Positions 27,644 to 37,922 of a stretch of DNA of 64,000 nt are shown here, piece by piece. Origin of the DNA: Candidatus Latescibacterota bacterium (GTDB lineage: Bacteria > Latescibacterota > UBA2968 > UBA8231); the NCBI GenBank assembly GCA_965205655.1, contig CBDBIJ010000022.1, positions 113,546-177,545 of the forward strand. Reading direction: 5' to 3'. Both the position numbers and the translations under genes were made by a program. The stretch's first letter is position 1; every line of letters starts with the position of its first letter. The notes under the pieces are model-generated. The model was not told the origin of the DNA. It did not search any database and worked only from the letters and a program-made list of their open reading frames with translations.

Positions 27644-29236
27644 CTAAACCTCGCCCATCGCACCCCTACTGCTCGCTGTGGCGTAAACGACGAAAGGACC
27701 TGCTTCGTCGACAAGATGGAAGCGCCCGTCCGAAAAGGCTGAATCTCCCAGACACTCCTCGTACTCCTGCACCGCCTGTCGGCTGCTGGCTATGTAGTCG
27801 ACTTTGTAGATTTTCACCAGCTCCTCGATGGGGGTGCCCGGATAGGGATAGTTTCCCGCTATAGACAGCCACTCGCGGTGGCTCAAAAGGCGCTCGTCGT
27901 TGTCGACGCCCAGGCACAAGACCTGAGCCTGCTCAGTCCCGTACAGCAGCGGCCAGAACAGCGTGCCGAGACTGTATAGCCGAGCTCCCTCTCGGTCGAA
28001 TTTACGAACCAGGGGCAGGAAGCGCTCCCACACCGATTGCCAGTAGGTGAAGCCCTTTACGTATATGACGAAGAAGAAGACATACGCCGCTAACGAATAC
28101 ACAACGAAGCCCTGAAGGAGCTGCATTCTGCCCGTCCCGAAAACAACGAGCACGAAAAGTAGCATCTGAGGGAAGAGGGTGTATTCAAGATATCGTTCCG
28201 CCTCACCCAGGAACAGGAACCACGGGAGAGTGATTATCGCAGTGGACGCTAAGGCTGCTAGACACCACGGTAGCAGCGCCGAGGCTATGTCGTCGTTGCC
28301 GATCGGACTTTGCGTCCCTGACCAGTAGAGCACATACGCTAGCAGAAGAAGATGCGGAAACGCAGACACAATTAGGTGGACTGGGTGACTTTCCCTGAAG
28401 AACCACAGGATGAGCTGCCAGGGGCGGCGCAGAGAAATGTAGCAGCTCCTTAGGAAGGAGCGGACGTAGTGAACGAGGCTGCGCCCTGCCAGATACTCTC
28501 GCTGGACGTGCTTCCTGTAAAACAGAGAGTGACCGAGCTGCCCTCGGAGCACTCTCCATGCCGCACCACGGGTGACCGCTCCCGCGAGGACGTAACCCGC
28601 AAGTGCCGACGGCAGGATGGCGAACTTTCCGGCAACCGCAAGCATAATGCTTGTGATAACGACTACTTGATTAGCGAACTTGCTGCTTATGCTGAGAGGA
28701 ACGATGGCAAGCGTTGACAGGATGAGCCAGATTGGCTCCGCCTCCAGATCGTAGAGAATCTGCCCTCCCATGAACGCCAGGAACATCAGCTGCCCCAGCG
28801 GCCGCGGCGAGCCGTTGTAGGCCCGCGGGCCGCCGCTCACCCTGAGCAGAGCAGGCGATACCGCCAGCGCCAGCGCTGTCCAGGCGGCGATTTCATCTGC
28901 CTGGAGGACGCCCATACACTGTCCGGCGATCCTCCGCGACAGCTCGTATGAGCCGAGAACCAGTAGCGCGTCAACGAAGGCTGAGCTGTAGCGCTCGGCC
29001 ACCGGGATCGATCGCTCGGGAACGAAGGAAAGCAACCAGTGATACAGAAAGGGATACGTGAAGCGGTGCGACGCGAGAGCTCGGGGGATGACCGGCGGAA
29101 TACGGTGCTTCTCTTGCCTGATGGCTCTGGCCATCAACAGATGGAAGTATCCGTCGCTGCTGATTGCATGCCTGCGGATCAAGCGCGGCGCGGCGCGCAG
29201 CGCGAAAGCCAGGGCCGCTATAAGGAGGGCTGTCAC
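27644..29236 (-). CDS. Polytopic membrane protein, GT-C fold glycosyltransferase-like
   Basis: TM1 followed by SSDGYFHL and YPFLYHWLL, about 11 TM segments, ERYLEY, soluble C-terminal tail. Confidence 0.6.
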   Translation of the reverse strand: MTALLIAALAFALRAAPRLIRRHAISSDGYFHLLMARAIRQEKHRIPPVIPRALASHRFTYPFLYHWLLSFVPERSIPVAERYSSAFVDALLVLGSYELSRRIAGQCMGVLQADEIAAWTALALAVSPALLRVSGGPRAYNGSPRPLGQLMFLAFMGGQILYDLEAEPIWLILSTLAIVPLSISSKFANQVVVITSIMLAVAGKFAILPSALAGYVLAGAVTRGAAWRVLRGQLGHSLFYRKHVQREYLAGRSLVHYVRSFLRSCYISLRRPWQLILWFFRESHPVHLIVSAFPHLLLLAYVLYWSGTQSPIGNDDIASALLPWCLAALASTAIITLPWFLFLGEAERYLEYTLFPQMLLFVLVVFGTGRMQLLQGFVVYSLAAYVFFFVIYVKGFTYWQSVWERFLPLVRKFDREGARLYSLGTLFWPLLYGTEQAQVLCLGVDNDERLLSHREWLSIAGNYPYPGTPIEELVKIYKVDYIASSRQAVQEYEECLGDSAFSDGRFHLVDEAGPFVVYATASSRGAMGEV

Positions 29237-29300
29237 TCATTCCCTCCGTCGCCATGAGGTCGTACGTCTCTCTTGGACTCCAGTGTTTCGCCCTCGATTT

Positions 29301-31089
29301 CTACAGCATGTTCTTGAAACGTGGATGAACTTTCTCCCGGTCGAACCCAAACACCTTCATAACCTTCCCTGCGTCGGCCGGAAAGCTCGGTCCCGCCTCA
29401 CCCTCGTCAGTGACCGAGAACTCCCGCACATGTTGCACCTGGACAGCGCCGTCCCCCTCCGGATGTATGTTCCACATGAGCTTTTTAGCGCCCTTGTAGA
29501 GGACCACGAAGTGCTCTTTTCTCTGGTCGCTTGCCACCGTGAGCACCGGGATCTCTCTGAGCCTTGCAATCGGCAGTAACAGGTTTCTTCCCGGAGCAGC
29601 GAAGTCTGTATTCACATCGAAGTACTCGACCAGAGTCCTGGCGAGATCCACGGTGTCGACCGCCTGCGCCTCCTCTCCGGCCAGGTTTTCGGACCACATC
29701 ACCAGCGGCACCCTCGTTACCTGCTCGTCTGCGTGAAAACCGTACCAAATCTTCCCGTCGTCGAGAATGGTCCCATGATCCGCCGTCATGATAACCAGCG
29801 TGTCGTCTAAACGGCCGCTCTTGCTCAGGAACCTAAACAGATTGCTGAGGTAGGCGCCCATTTCGTCTGTACGCCTCTGGTACTTCTCGCGGATGGAGCG
29901 CACCAAGGGTTCGTCAGCTATGTCGTATACGTAGTCCCTTGCCACTGCATCGTCGTAGAACTCCGACAGCTCCGCCACGCCTTCGCCCCCATCGCTTTCG
30001 GCGATCACCTGCACCAGATGCTTGGAAAAGGAAGTGTGGACCAGAAGAAAGGAGCGGCTCGACGACTGCATCTCTTCGACCTGTGCTAGTAACCGCTCGG
30101 ACCACAGTCTTCTTTCGTCGGGCTCGCCGCTCACGAGCCGGGTCACGGCCTGGGCCCGTTCCCGTCGATTCCCCGGCCAGTTGAGAAAAACGTGATAGTT
30201 CAGGCCGAGTATGGCCGGCACCCATGCTAGGCGTTCCGTCAACAAGATTGTGCGCAACCCGGAATAGGTGCTGATGGAGTTGGCTTCGGGTAAGCCGTTG
30301 TTGTGAAAGGAGAGCCAGCGCACCTTGACCTCGTTTTTCTCGAGCAGACCGAGTAGATTCTCGAATTTCCCCAACGAGTGCCCGCGACCACCTACGGGCA
30401 GGCTTAGATAGCCCGAATAGAGAATTCCGAAGTATCCATTGGTAAAGACCTTGTTCTGTGCGCGCCTGGGTGAAGACCCTGCCCCTTCTCGCGAGCCGGG
30501 TCGACCTGCGTTTCCGTGGCTGTCCCATCGTAGACCCGTAGGAACTGGGCGGGAAACCCATCGATCACGATGAGAATGACATGCCGCGGAGAGGCATTAC
30601 TTTCGATCGCCTGCGCGGAACCTGACGCGCGCGCGACTGCGAGCAGGAGGGCGGCGCTATGATCCCACGATGCAGATCGCACGAGCTTCCGCGCTCTACG
30701 ACGCAACTCGTCGGTCATTCAAGCCTCGCCACAGCGAGCCACGATGCGACGACAGATCCCGCGAACAAAAGGTAGAAAACCGGGCAGTCGGTCGAGCCAA
30801 GGAAACGTTGTCTGCGACGAAGCCGATGGCGAAGATCATCAGTGTCCATAGGCCTGCGAATACTGGAAATCGCAGAAACAGGTCGTCACTCCACCTGCCC
30901 ACCAGAGCACACATGAAACGACAGGACGCCGAGAATCCCGGAGAGCAAGATGATCTGAGTCGCCGTGTATACGGCATAGCTCTCGAAATCGCTGTTGTAG
31001 AGTAGCTGGTCTTGGCAGGCGCTCTGCAGACCTATGACCAGAAAAAACGCCGCCAGCAGGATGCCTCCCGCGCGCTCGATCCTACACAC
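29301..31089 (-). pseudogene. Membrane-anchored sulfatase/alkaline-phosphatase superfamily protein, several frameshifts
   Basis: Fragments in ORFs 30886, 30696, 30404, 29914 and 29301: TM region, HVILIVIDG, DDTLVIMTADHG, TRVPL. Confidence 0.7.
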
Positions 31090-31093
31090 GCTC

Positions 31094-32509
31094 TTATTCT
31101 CTCTTCTCAAGAACCAGGATCCGCCGCGTCGGGCGATCCGAAGCCCATTCTTCGACCAGTGCGAACTTCGTCGCGAGACTGGTTCGAACGGACCCGAGTG
31201 AGTAGCAAACATCGACACGCGTGTCGAGCAACTCGATCATCGGGTCACTGGGGTCCACATACTCGAAAATCACCGCACGAGTACTTACTTGGTCTAGCAT
31301 CTTTGCGATTCGCTCGAACGACTGCCTGCCGGTAATGTGCAGATGGTGCATGAGTCCGAGACACAGGACTGTATCCGAGCGGACTCGATCAAAAAGGTAC
31401 GGGTACTGTTCGCCGAGGAAACCGAAGGCGGGAGTCGGGCACAACACGTCGGCTACGAGCGGGAGAACCTTAAGACACTTCTCTGTGGCGTAGCGAAACA
31501 GACGCTCCATGCATGCCGTGCTGCTGTCAATTGCCGTAACCTGGGCGCCCTCCTCGGCGGCCATGACAGAAAATGAGCCAGTGTTGGCTCCGAGATCGAG
31601 AACTGTAGAAGGAGCCAGACGGCGCAGCACGCGACCGACCAGCTCGTGCTTGGCGCGGCGGTCGACGTTTTGTGGTAGCGACTGATAGTAGTCTTGCCAG
31701 ACATCACCGTTGCTCGTGATCGAGATTCCATCAATCTTCCGATAGAGTCGCCCGAAGAATCGATCTCTCACTCTCCGGTCGACGCGAACTTGCGCTTTCA
31801 CCATCCCCTCCTTGAGCTTCCTCCTCGCCCCGGGATGGCTCTGCAGAAAGCCGTCGAGCCACTGAGAAAGCGACGTTCCGGCGTGCAGGACCTTGTGGGA
31901 TATGGGTGCAAGGCCGAGGAACTGCCTTCGCGAGACTCCGGTGATGTTGTCGAAAAGCAGGAGGCGGGCAATCTCCCATTTGCCCCACTGACTCAGAAGG
32001 AGCGGACGGAGAAAGAACTCCTCGAACTGCCCATGTGCTGGCCAGATCATCCTTCCGTCCACGGGCACTATCGAGGTGAAGTCTACGAAAACAGGTCCGG
32101 TTCCCCGATAGAGCGTGTTCCAGGGATAGGCATCCTGCAACATGCAATCGTGGTCGAGCAGCGCCATGGAGAGCTCCAGCAGCTGTAACGCGGCCCGCTG
32201 CAGCATGCTCGGACACCACTCGACGCAATAGGTGAGCGGCTCGATCCGTTCGTGTCTGAGGACGAGGCTTTCCGGCACCGCGTCGATGGGGGACTCTACG
32301 ATCCAGCTGGGAACCAGACCGTTGTTTTCCACTAGTCTCTCTACGATGCCACGCGCGAACAACTCCCGGTAGAAATCGGCCACCCCATCATAGATGGCCC
32401 GGTAGGTTCCCTCCTCGAGCTCGAAGAGGTACCCGTTGGGATCCACGTACGTCGGTGATTCTATTGCCGACAGCTCGCCCGCCACAGGCTCACACTTTTC
32501 CGCGGCCAC
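31094..32509 (-). CDS. NoeA-like protein: N-terminal kinase-like domain plus C-terminal class I SAM methyltransferase
   Basis: DPNGYLF, YCVEWC, LQDAYPWN, FVDFTS; VLDLGANTG, LGLMHHL, IFEYV. Confidence 0.78.
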   Translation of the reverse strand: MAAEKCEPVAGELSAIESPTYVDPNGYLFELEEGTYRAIYDGVADFYRELFARGIVERLVENNGLVPSWIVESPIDAVPESLVLRHERIEPLTYCVEWCPSMLQRAALQLLELSMALLDHDCMLQDAYPWNTLYRGTGPVFVDFTSIVPVDGRMIWPAHGQFEEFFLRPLLLSQWGKWEIARLLLFDNITGVSRRQFLGLAPISHKVLHAGTSLSQWLDGFLQSHPGARRKLKEGMVKAQVRVDRRVRDRFFGRLYRKIDGISITSNGDVWQDYYQSLPQNVDRRAKHELVGRVLRRLAPSTVLDLGANTGSFSVMAAEEGAQVTAIDSSTACMERLFRYATEKCLKVLPLVADVLCPTPAFGFLGEQYPYLFDRVRSDTVLCLGLMHHLHITGRQSFERIAKMLDQVSTRAVIFEYVDPSDPMIELLDTRVDVCYSLGSVRTSLATKFALVEEWASDRPTRRILVLEKRE

Positions 32510-32544
32510 CCTTGAACGGCCCGCGGTGCGATCCGGCCCCGGCT

Positions 32545-32775
32545 TTACTCGCTCCTTGCCTCCGAATCGTCCTCACTCTGCCGCGCCTTTCCGAGCCACG
32601 CTTTCACCAGATGCCACGGCCTGATCACCCAGCTGACTATGACCCCGAAAACGAGCGCGTAGATCGCCTGGTAGAAAGTCCCGAGAAGCCCCGGATCAAC
32701 ATAGGCGTGTGCCACTGAGGGGAGGAGCGCCACCATCGCGAATCCCAGTACCAATGATAGGCAATGACCTCTCAT
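32545..32775 (-). CDS. Small secreted/membrane protein with a YxDPG motif
   Basis: 76 aa; AGGAG SD; signal peptide ending AHA, then YVDPG, one TM helix and a charged tail. Confidence 0.75.
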   Translation of the reverse strand: MRGHCLSLVLGFAMVALLPSVAHAYVDPGLLGTFYQAIYALVFGVIVSWVIRPWHLVKAWLGKARQSEDDSEARSE

Positions 32776-32828
32776 GTCTTTTCTCCTTCTCGAGTCCTGA
32801 TGTGGCTCCCGTCCCGCGGGGGCCGGGC

Positions 32829-33959
32829 TCACATTTCCTTCTCGATCCTGTTGGCGCAGCAGTGCGAGCAAACGGGAGAGAGGTTTTCCGCGAGCGTATC
32901 GCGGAGGCCCTGATAGGTAGCGCTATTCCAGATCTCGTCAACAGTGGACTCCCTGATGTTGCCGCACTTGATCTCAAAACAACCAGGAAAAAACAGGACG
33001 TCACCGTTGGACACCAGCGTCAGCGAGGCGGTACTGGGATTGCAACTCTTGGCGAAGTAACGGGGCAGCAGGTCGTCGGTGCTGAAGTACGTTTCCAAGT
33101 CCTCCCTGGACTTGAAGTCGGGCTGGAACACCACATTCTCGTGTCTCTCCAGGATGTCCCGCTTGATGCGCCACATTTCATCGAAATCCTGCGACGCCAG
33201 CTCCGTGCGCTCCTGGTGGCCCCCTCGCGGTATGTTGATGCGGTAGTGGTCTGGCAATCCTCGTTCAGTGACCCACTTCTCGTGTTCTTGCAGTGTATCT
33301 TCTGTGGAGAAAATGAGAAAGGAGAAGGTGTGTCTGTCGATGCCGACATCTCTCAACAGAAAGTCTGCCAGCTCAGGTGCTTCTTCGAAGGTGGGACCAT
33401 AGAACACCGACAGGGACGAGACGCCGCCGCGAAAGACACCCTCTCTCTTCATCGCGACCACCCGCCTCATGACTTCAACCGTCTTGTCGAAGTTGCCTTC
33501 TCCGCGAATTCTATCGTGAGTTTCCTTCAGTCCGTCGAGAGAGAGGGTAATCCCCGCCCCGCTCTGCCCGAACTTCTCGAGCTTCTCGTCGCTAAACATC
33601 GTCCCGTTGCTGGTTACCCCGACGCTCAGACCGCAGTCATTCGACACGTAGGAAACCAGTTCGGACATCTGCTTGAACGCAAAGGGCTCACCTCCGGCAA
33701 TAGACACGGCAGGTCGGTATCTCTTTACTTGATCGAAGAATGACACGTACTCGTCGAGTTTGAGCTGGGGCCCTTTCGTGGCATCCGGGTAGTCGCGCAG
33801 GACCTGAGGCACTTCACTGTTGTTGACATTCATGCTGCACATTGGACAGTCGAGATTGCATGCCTGGATCAGCACCACAACTTTCTTGAAAGGCCTTTTG
33901 GACAGCGCATCAAGGTAGCGTATGTATATCTTTTCTGTTGATCTGCGAACGACGTTCAT
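32829..33959 (-). CDS. Radical SAM protein with a SPASM/twitch domain
   Basis: CNLDCPMC, GGEPF, SLDG..ETHDRIRG, C-terminal C...GC...GNI...IWNS...CSHCC. Confidence 0.9.
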   Translation of the reverse strand: MNVVRRSTEKIYIRYLDALSKRPFKKVVVLIQACNLDCPMCSMNVNNSEVPQVLRDYPDATKGPQLKLDEYVSFFDQVKRYRPAVSIAGGEPFAFKQMSELVSYVSNDCGLSVGVTSNGTMFSDEKLEKFGQSGAGITLSLDGLKETHDRIRGEGNFDKTVEVMRRVVAMKREGVFRGGVSSLSVFYGPTFEEAPELADFLLRDVGIDRHTFSFLIFSTEDTLQEHEKWVTERGLPDHYRINIPRGGHQERTELASQDFDEMWRIKRDILERHENVVFQPDFKSREDLETYFSTDDLLPRYFAKSCNPSTASLTLVSNGDVLFFPGCFEIKCGNIRESTVDEIWNSATYQGLRDTLAENLSPVCSHCCANRIEKEM

Positions 33960-34046
33960 TTCTCGCTCCTACTACACAATTCGCGCCGGCTAAAGGCCGC
34001 TTCCCGGCCGAGGCCCGAGACTTCTCGTCCAAAGAGAGATCCTTTC

Positions 34047-34947
34047 TCAGGCTGCGTCACGCTTGGCAAATCCATCCCAATACCGAGTAGCGTATCTCTT
34101 CGAAAGTAAGGCAATCTCGCCGAGATCACTACTCGAGCGGATCGACGCGATCCGTCGTACCCCCCCCGCCAGAAGAAATTTCGGCGAAGGCAACGGGTGT
34201 AAACGCTGGCAAACCGCCGGAAATTCCTCGAGGTAATCGAGAACGTCCTGTTCAGAGAAACGCTCGAGGTAATGAGGCATATTGTATTCACGTGGACTGA
34301 TGTACTTATAGGGGCACCTGTAGTCTCTGTCGAACCACGAGAAGCCCTCCGGCATCACGCCACGATCTCTCGCAATCGTTTCCAGCTCCAATCCCGGATA
34401 GATTATGAGCGGCGCAATCGTGGTCCTCATTTCGTACTGGTAAAGCTTCTTGATAATCCCGAAGGTCTTCGCTGCCTCTTCACGCGTCTCGTCCGGCAAT
34501 GAGATCATCGTGAAGAAGTTCGCCCGTATCCCGAGCTCATGGCACGTCATCCCAAATCTCTCTATCTTCTCGACGGTCATACGCTTCTTAATGGTCTTGA
34601 GCACTACGTCGGACCCCGATTCCACAGCAAAATCAATGCTTATGCAGCCCGCTTGCCTCATCAGCTTCAACTGCTCGATCGGCATATCGGCGCGACCTTC
34701 GCAGTACCATTCGATGTTGTAGATCCTTTTCGATCAGAGTATTGCAGAATTGCTTTACGAACTTTCGGCGTTCGCTAAAGGACGGATCGGTGAACATAAA
34801 GTAGCGGGTCCCCTGATTCTCGATCACCCAGTCGATTGTGTTCATTATGACATCCAATGACATGACCCGATAACTCAGAAAGTTGAGCGCGCAGAACACA
34901 CACAACTCTGTCGGGCTAACCAGCAGTACGTTGAGGAGCTTCGTCGT
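34047..34947 (-). pseudogene. B12-binding (class B-like) radical SAM protein, internally deleted and frameshifted
   Basis: NVLLVSP is fused directly to CVFC, so the B12 domain and first cluster Cys are missing. FTDPSF, AGCISIDFAVESGS, PDET, YPG; frameshift near 34720. Confidence 0.75.
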
Positions 34948-34957
34948 GCGAGTCTCC

Positions 34958-35770
34958 CTATGAGTCACTGCTTGAAGACCAGTGAGTTGGGTGCGTCAAA
35001 ATGAGATAGTTTCTCCCCTTCCTGAAGAAGGGTGGCAACTTCAGAAAATCTTCGAGTATGTGGAACGGCCGCTCCTCATTTTTCAAATGACAATCCTGAA
35101 TGATGTAGTCGTAGGCGCGCACACTGTAATGAAGATCGCAGTGCTTATAGCCGAACTCCTCCAGACGCCCCAGGATCTCCCTGCCGAACCGCACTCGCAC
35201 GTCCAGTCGGTGCCTCCCCAGGCCGTGTACCGTGAAGCTCCTTGGGCGGAGTCCGACTTCGGCGGTGAATTTCTCGGTCTCCCGAGCGAACGTAGCCATG
35301 TAGTCGTCATCCAGGTAACAGACCGTGTGTAGCCCGACCTCAAAACCGGCCCTGTGGTATTCCTGGATCAACTCTCGATGCTCGGGCAGCGCATACTCGC
35401 TATCGTCGGCTCGGAAGTAGACCCCTGACCGGACCCCTAGCCCCTTATCTATATCGACTAGCAGTGGCATTCTATCCATACATTGCTTGAAGTCGATGTC
35501 GTGCCGAATGTACAGGTTAACGGCGTCTGCCCTGGTATTCGCCAGAAAAGGAGTCGCTTGGACCTCGGGGGATTCCAAAGCACCTTCGAGAAGGTTCCGA
35601 TAGAGTGATATGTCATATGGCGCATCCTGAATCGCGCGAACGTTCTGCTGGTAACGGTAGACCTGAATCTTGGTGTATCTCCGTCTGATTTCGCTGGCCA
35701 AGCGCTTGAGAGGCGCGAAATCCCTGCTCCTCGTCAAACGGAGTTGTCTTGGGGACAGAGCCATTACCAC
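34958..35770 (-). CDS. Polysaccharide deacetylase-like (NodB fold) protein
   Basis: IRHDID, EVGLH, TVHG, LTHPTHW. Confidence 0.65.
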   Translation of the reverse strand: MVMALSPRQLRLTRSRDFAPLKRLASEIRRRYTKIQVYRYQQNVRAIQDAPYDISLYRNLLEGALESPEVQATPFLANTRADAVNLYIRHDIDFKQCMDRMPLLVDIDKGLGVRSGVYFRADDSEYALPEHRELIQEYHRAGFEVGLHTVCYLDDDYMATFARETEKFTAEVGLRPRSFTVHGLGRHRLDVRVRFGREILGRLEEFGYKHCDLHYSVRAYDYIIQDCHLKNEERPFHILEDFLKLPPFFRKGRNYLILTHPTHWSSSSDS

Positions 35771-35819
35771 AGGCCCCCCCTCAGTCGTCCATTATGGAAA
35801 GCAGCGTAGCGAAAGATAC

Positions 35820-36666
35820 TCATTTCTTGACTCCAGTAATAATCACGTTGGAGCGATCTCTCGCTGATGTCAGTGCGTTAGCGGCCTCGAGGATCAGGTA
35901 GCGAAGCAGGCCGAAATCGACTTGTATCGAGCGATTCATGCTGAGTTTGCCGAACTGCATCCAAGAGACGACGTCGAAGGCGAGGCGTTTGAAGGGATGG
36001 CAGACCTCCACGTCACCAAAGGCCGCATTCCGGACTACCGCCTCGAGCTCTTGACGGTTGAACCAGCGCGGCCTGTTCACTCCATCCATCTGTAGGAGCC
36101 GGGTGTAGAACTCCTCGTAGGAACGTGGGCACCGCTTGAAGAGCCGTGAGCACACGCTCATCAACGTGCTTGAGCCGTTGCGCGAGAAAGCCTCCTCGAT
36201 CTGCTTGCGCCCCACCGTGTTCACGACAATCAGCCTGCCGCCCGGCTTGAGGCACCTAAAGCTCTCCTGGGCCACACGCTCCGGTGCCGGGAGTACTGTG
36301 AGCACCTCGGAGATCAGCACTTTGTCGAGCGACTCCGCTGCAAACGGCAGCTGACAGCCATCGTCTACCCTGACGTAATCGACCCGCCCTTTGCCCACAG
36401 TCATTCCGCGTGCCACTGGCACCACATCCACTCCGATTCCGTGGGCGCCGCGCCGCGACAGCTCGTAGGCGAAAAAGCCGGCTCCGCAGCCGAAATCCAG
36501 AATAGTCTCGCCTCTGCGGGGGTCGACGAACTCCATCACCGCCTTGGCCTGCAGCCGCTTCAAGAGATTGGGCGACCCCCGAAACCGGCCGCGGAGGGTC
36601 CCTTAACGAAGCACCCGTGGGGATGTGGCCGAACGATACGTAGTTGAAAGGCACACCGCGGTCCAT
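35820..36666 (-). CDS. Class I SAM methyltransferase; probable frameshift near 36595
   Basis: ILDFGCGAG, LPF, LKPGG; N-terminus probably in ORF 36256..36666. Confidence 0.8.
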
Positions 36667-36669
36667 TGA

Positions 36670-37905
36670 CTAGGAGGTTGGGATGATTTCTGAGGGCTGA
36701 CAAAAGTGGGCATCCCTTATCACCGAATTGGTCCTTCTGCTACAAACGAAGTGTCCGACGTTGCGGTACTCAAAGACCACTTCTTGGTCGTGATAACCCA
36801 TGATCCACAGGGAAAAGTTGCCGGTCAGTAGAAGCAGCTCAGGCACTCGTATTCTGATGACGCCGGAACGGCTCAGCGTTGCGCGGCCGTGGAACCGCTC
36901 TCCCGGAATGGCCGAAAGGATCTCTCCCACGAAGGTATTGCTGCTCGATTCGCAAATACCGATAAACAGATCTACCTCTTCAACCGACCCGGGGCGTTCG
37001 TACGAAAGCAAAATGGTCATCTCGTCGCCTGTATAGAAACCTGCGCTCTCTTCGCCGTTGTCCTTTTGCAAGCTCACGTCCATCAGGCTCACCTCTCCCG
37101 ACCCCCGGCTCATGATCAAAGGGGACTCCGCAGCCTCCACCTGAGCCTGCTCTTCGTGGAAGAGCCACCGGTTGTACGTCCGGATAATCTCGTTGGGTTG
37201 GCCGTCGGCGAGCATTTCTCCCTTGGCCATGAACAGGGCCCGGTCGCAGAGCTCCTCTATCTGCGAGAGGTTGTGAGATACGAAAAGTATCGTCGCGCCG
37301 CTATTACAAAGCTCGTGTATACGCTTGGAACACTTTTGCACGAAGTATGCATCGCCCGTCGCCAGGGCCTCGTCCACGATGAGGATATCGGGATTGACAC
37401 TCATGGCCGTAGCGAACAGCAACCGGGCCCGCATTCCCGCCGAGTATGTCCTGAACGGGCGATCGATATAATCCCCCAGCTCGGTAAACTCGATGATCTG
37501 CGGCATTCTCTCGCTGATCTCCTGCTTCGGCATGCCCAACAGAATGCAGCCGTAGTAGATATTCTCCCTGCCGGTAAACTCGGGCTGCACGCCGACACCG
37601 AGCGCGAGCAGAGCGGTTATGCGACCCTTTACTTCGATGGTTCCGCGATCGACCGGCAGTAGACTGGCGACCATCTTCAGCAGCGTCGTCTTGCCGGCGC
37701 CGTTGGGCCCGACGATCCCAACCACTTCGCCCCGTTTGACTTCGAAGCTTACGTCGCGCACCGTCCAGAACTCCTCGAAGAATGACTCCCGCTTCCAAAA
37801 GTACAGATACTCCTTTACCGGGCCCGTAATGAGATCGTGATAAAGCTTGAACCGCTTGGACACTCCGCGGATGTGGATGGCGCTCTCTTCAGCGGTGTCT
37901 GTCAT
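36670..37905 (-). CDS. wzt: Polysaccharide ABC exporter ATPase with a C-terminal Wzt_C (CBM) domain
   Basis: GPNGAGKT, YSAGMRARL, VDEAL, VSH; about 150-aa C-terminal beta domain. Confidence 0.92.
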   Translation of the reverse strand: MTDTAEESAIHIRGVSKRFKLYHDLITGPVKEYLYFWKRESFFEEFWTVRDVSFEVKRGEVVGIVGPNGAGKTTLLKMVASLLPVDRGTIEVKGRITALLALGVGVQPEFTGRENIYYGCILLGMPKQEISERMPQIIEFTELGDYIDRPFRTYSAGMRARLLFATAMSVNPDILIVDEALATGDAYFVQKCSKRIHELCNSGATILFVSHNLSQIEELCDRALFMAKGEMLADGQPNEIIRTYNRWLFHEEQAQVEAAESPLIMSRGSGEVSLMDVSLQKDNGEESAGFYTGDEMTILLSYERPGSVEEVDLFIGICESSSNTFVGEILSAIPGERFHGRATLSRSGVIRIRVPELLLLTGNFSLWIMGYHDQEVVFEYRNVGHFVCSRRTNSVIRDAHFCQPSEIIPTS

Positions 37906-37922
37906 ACTCGTTGCTCGCGGTC

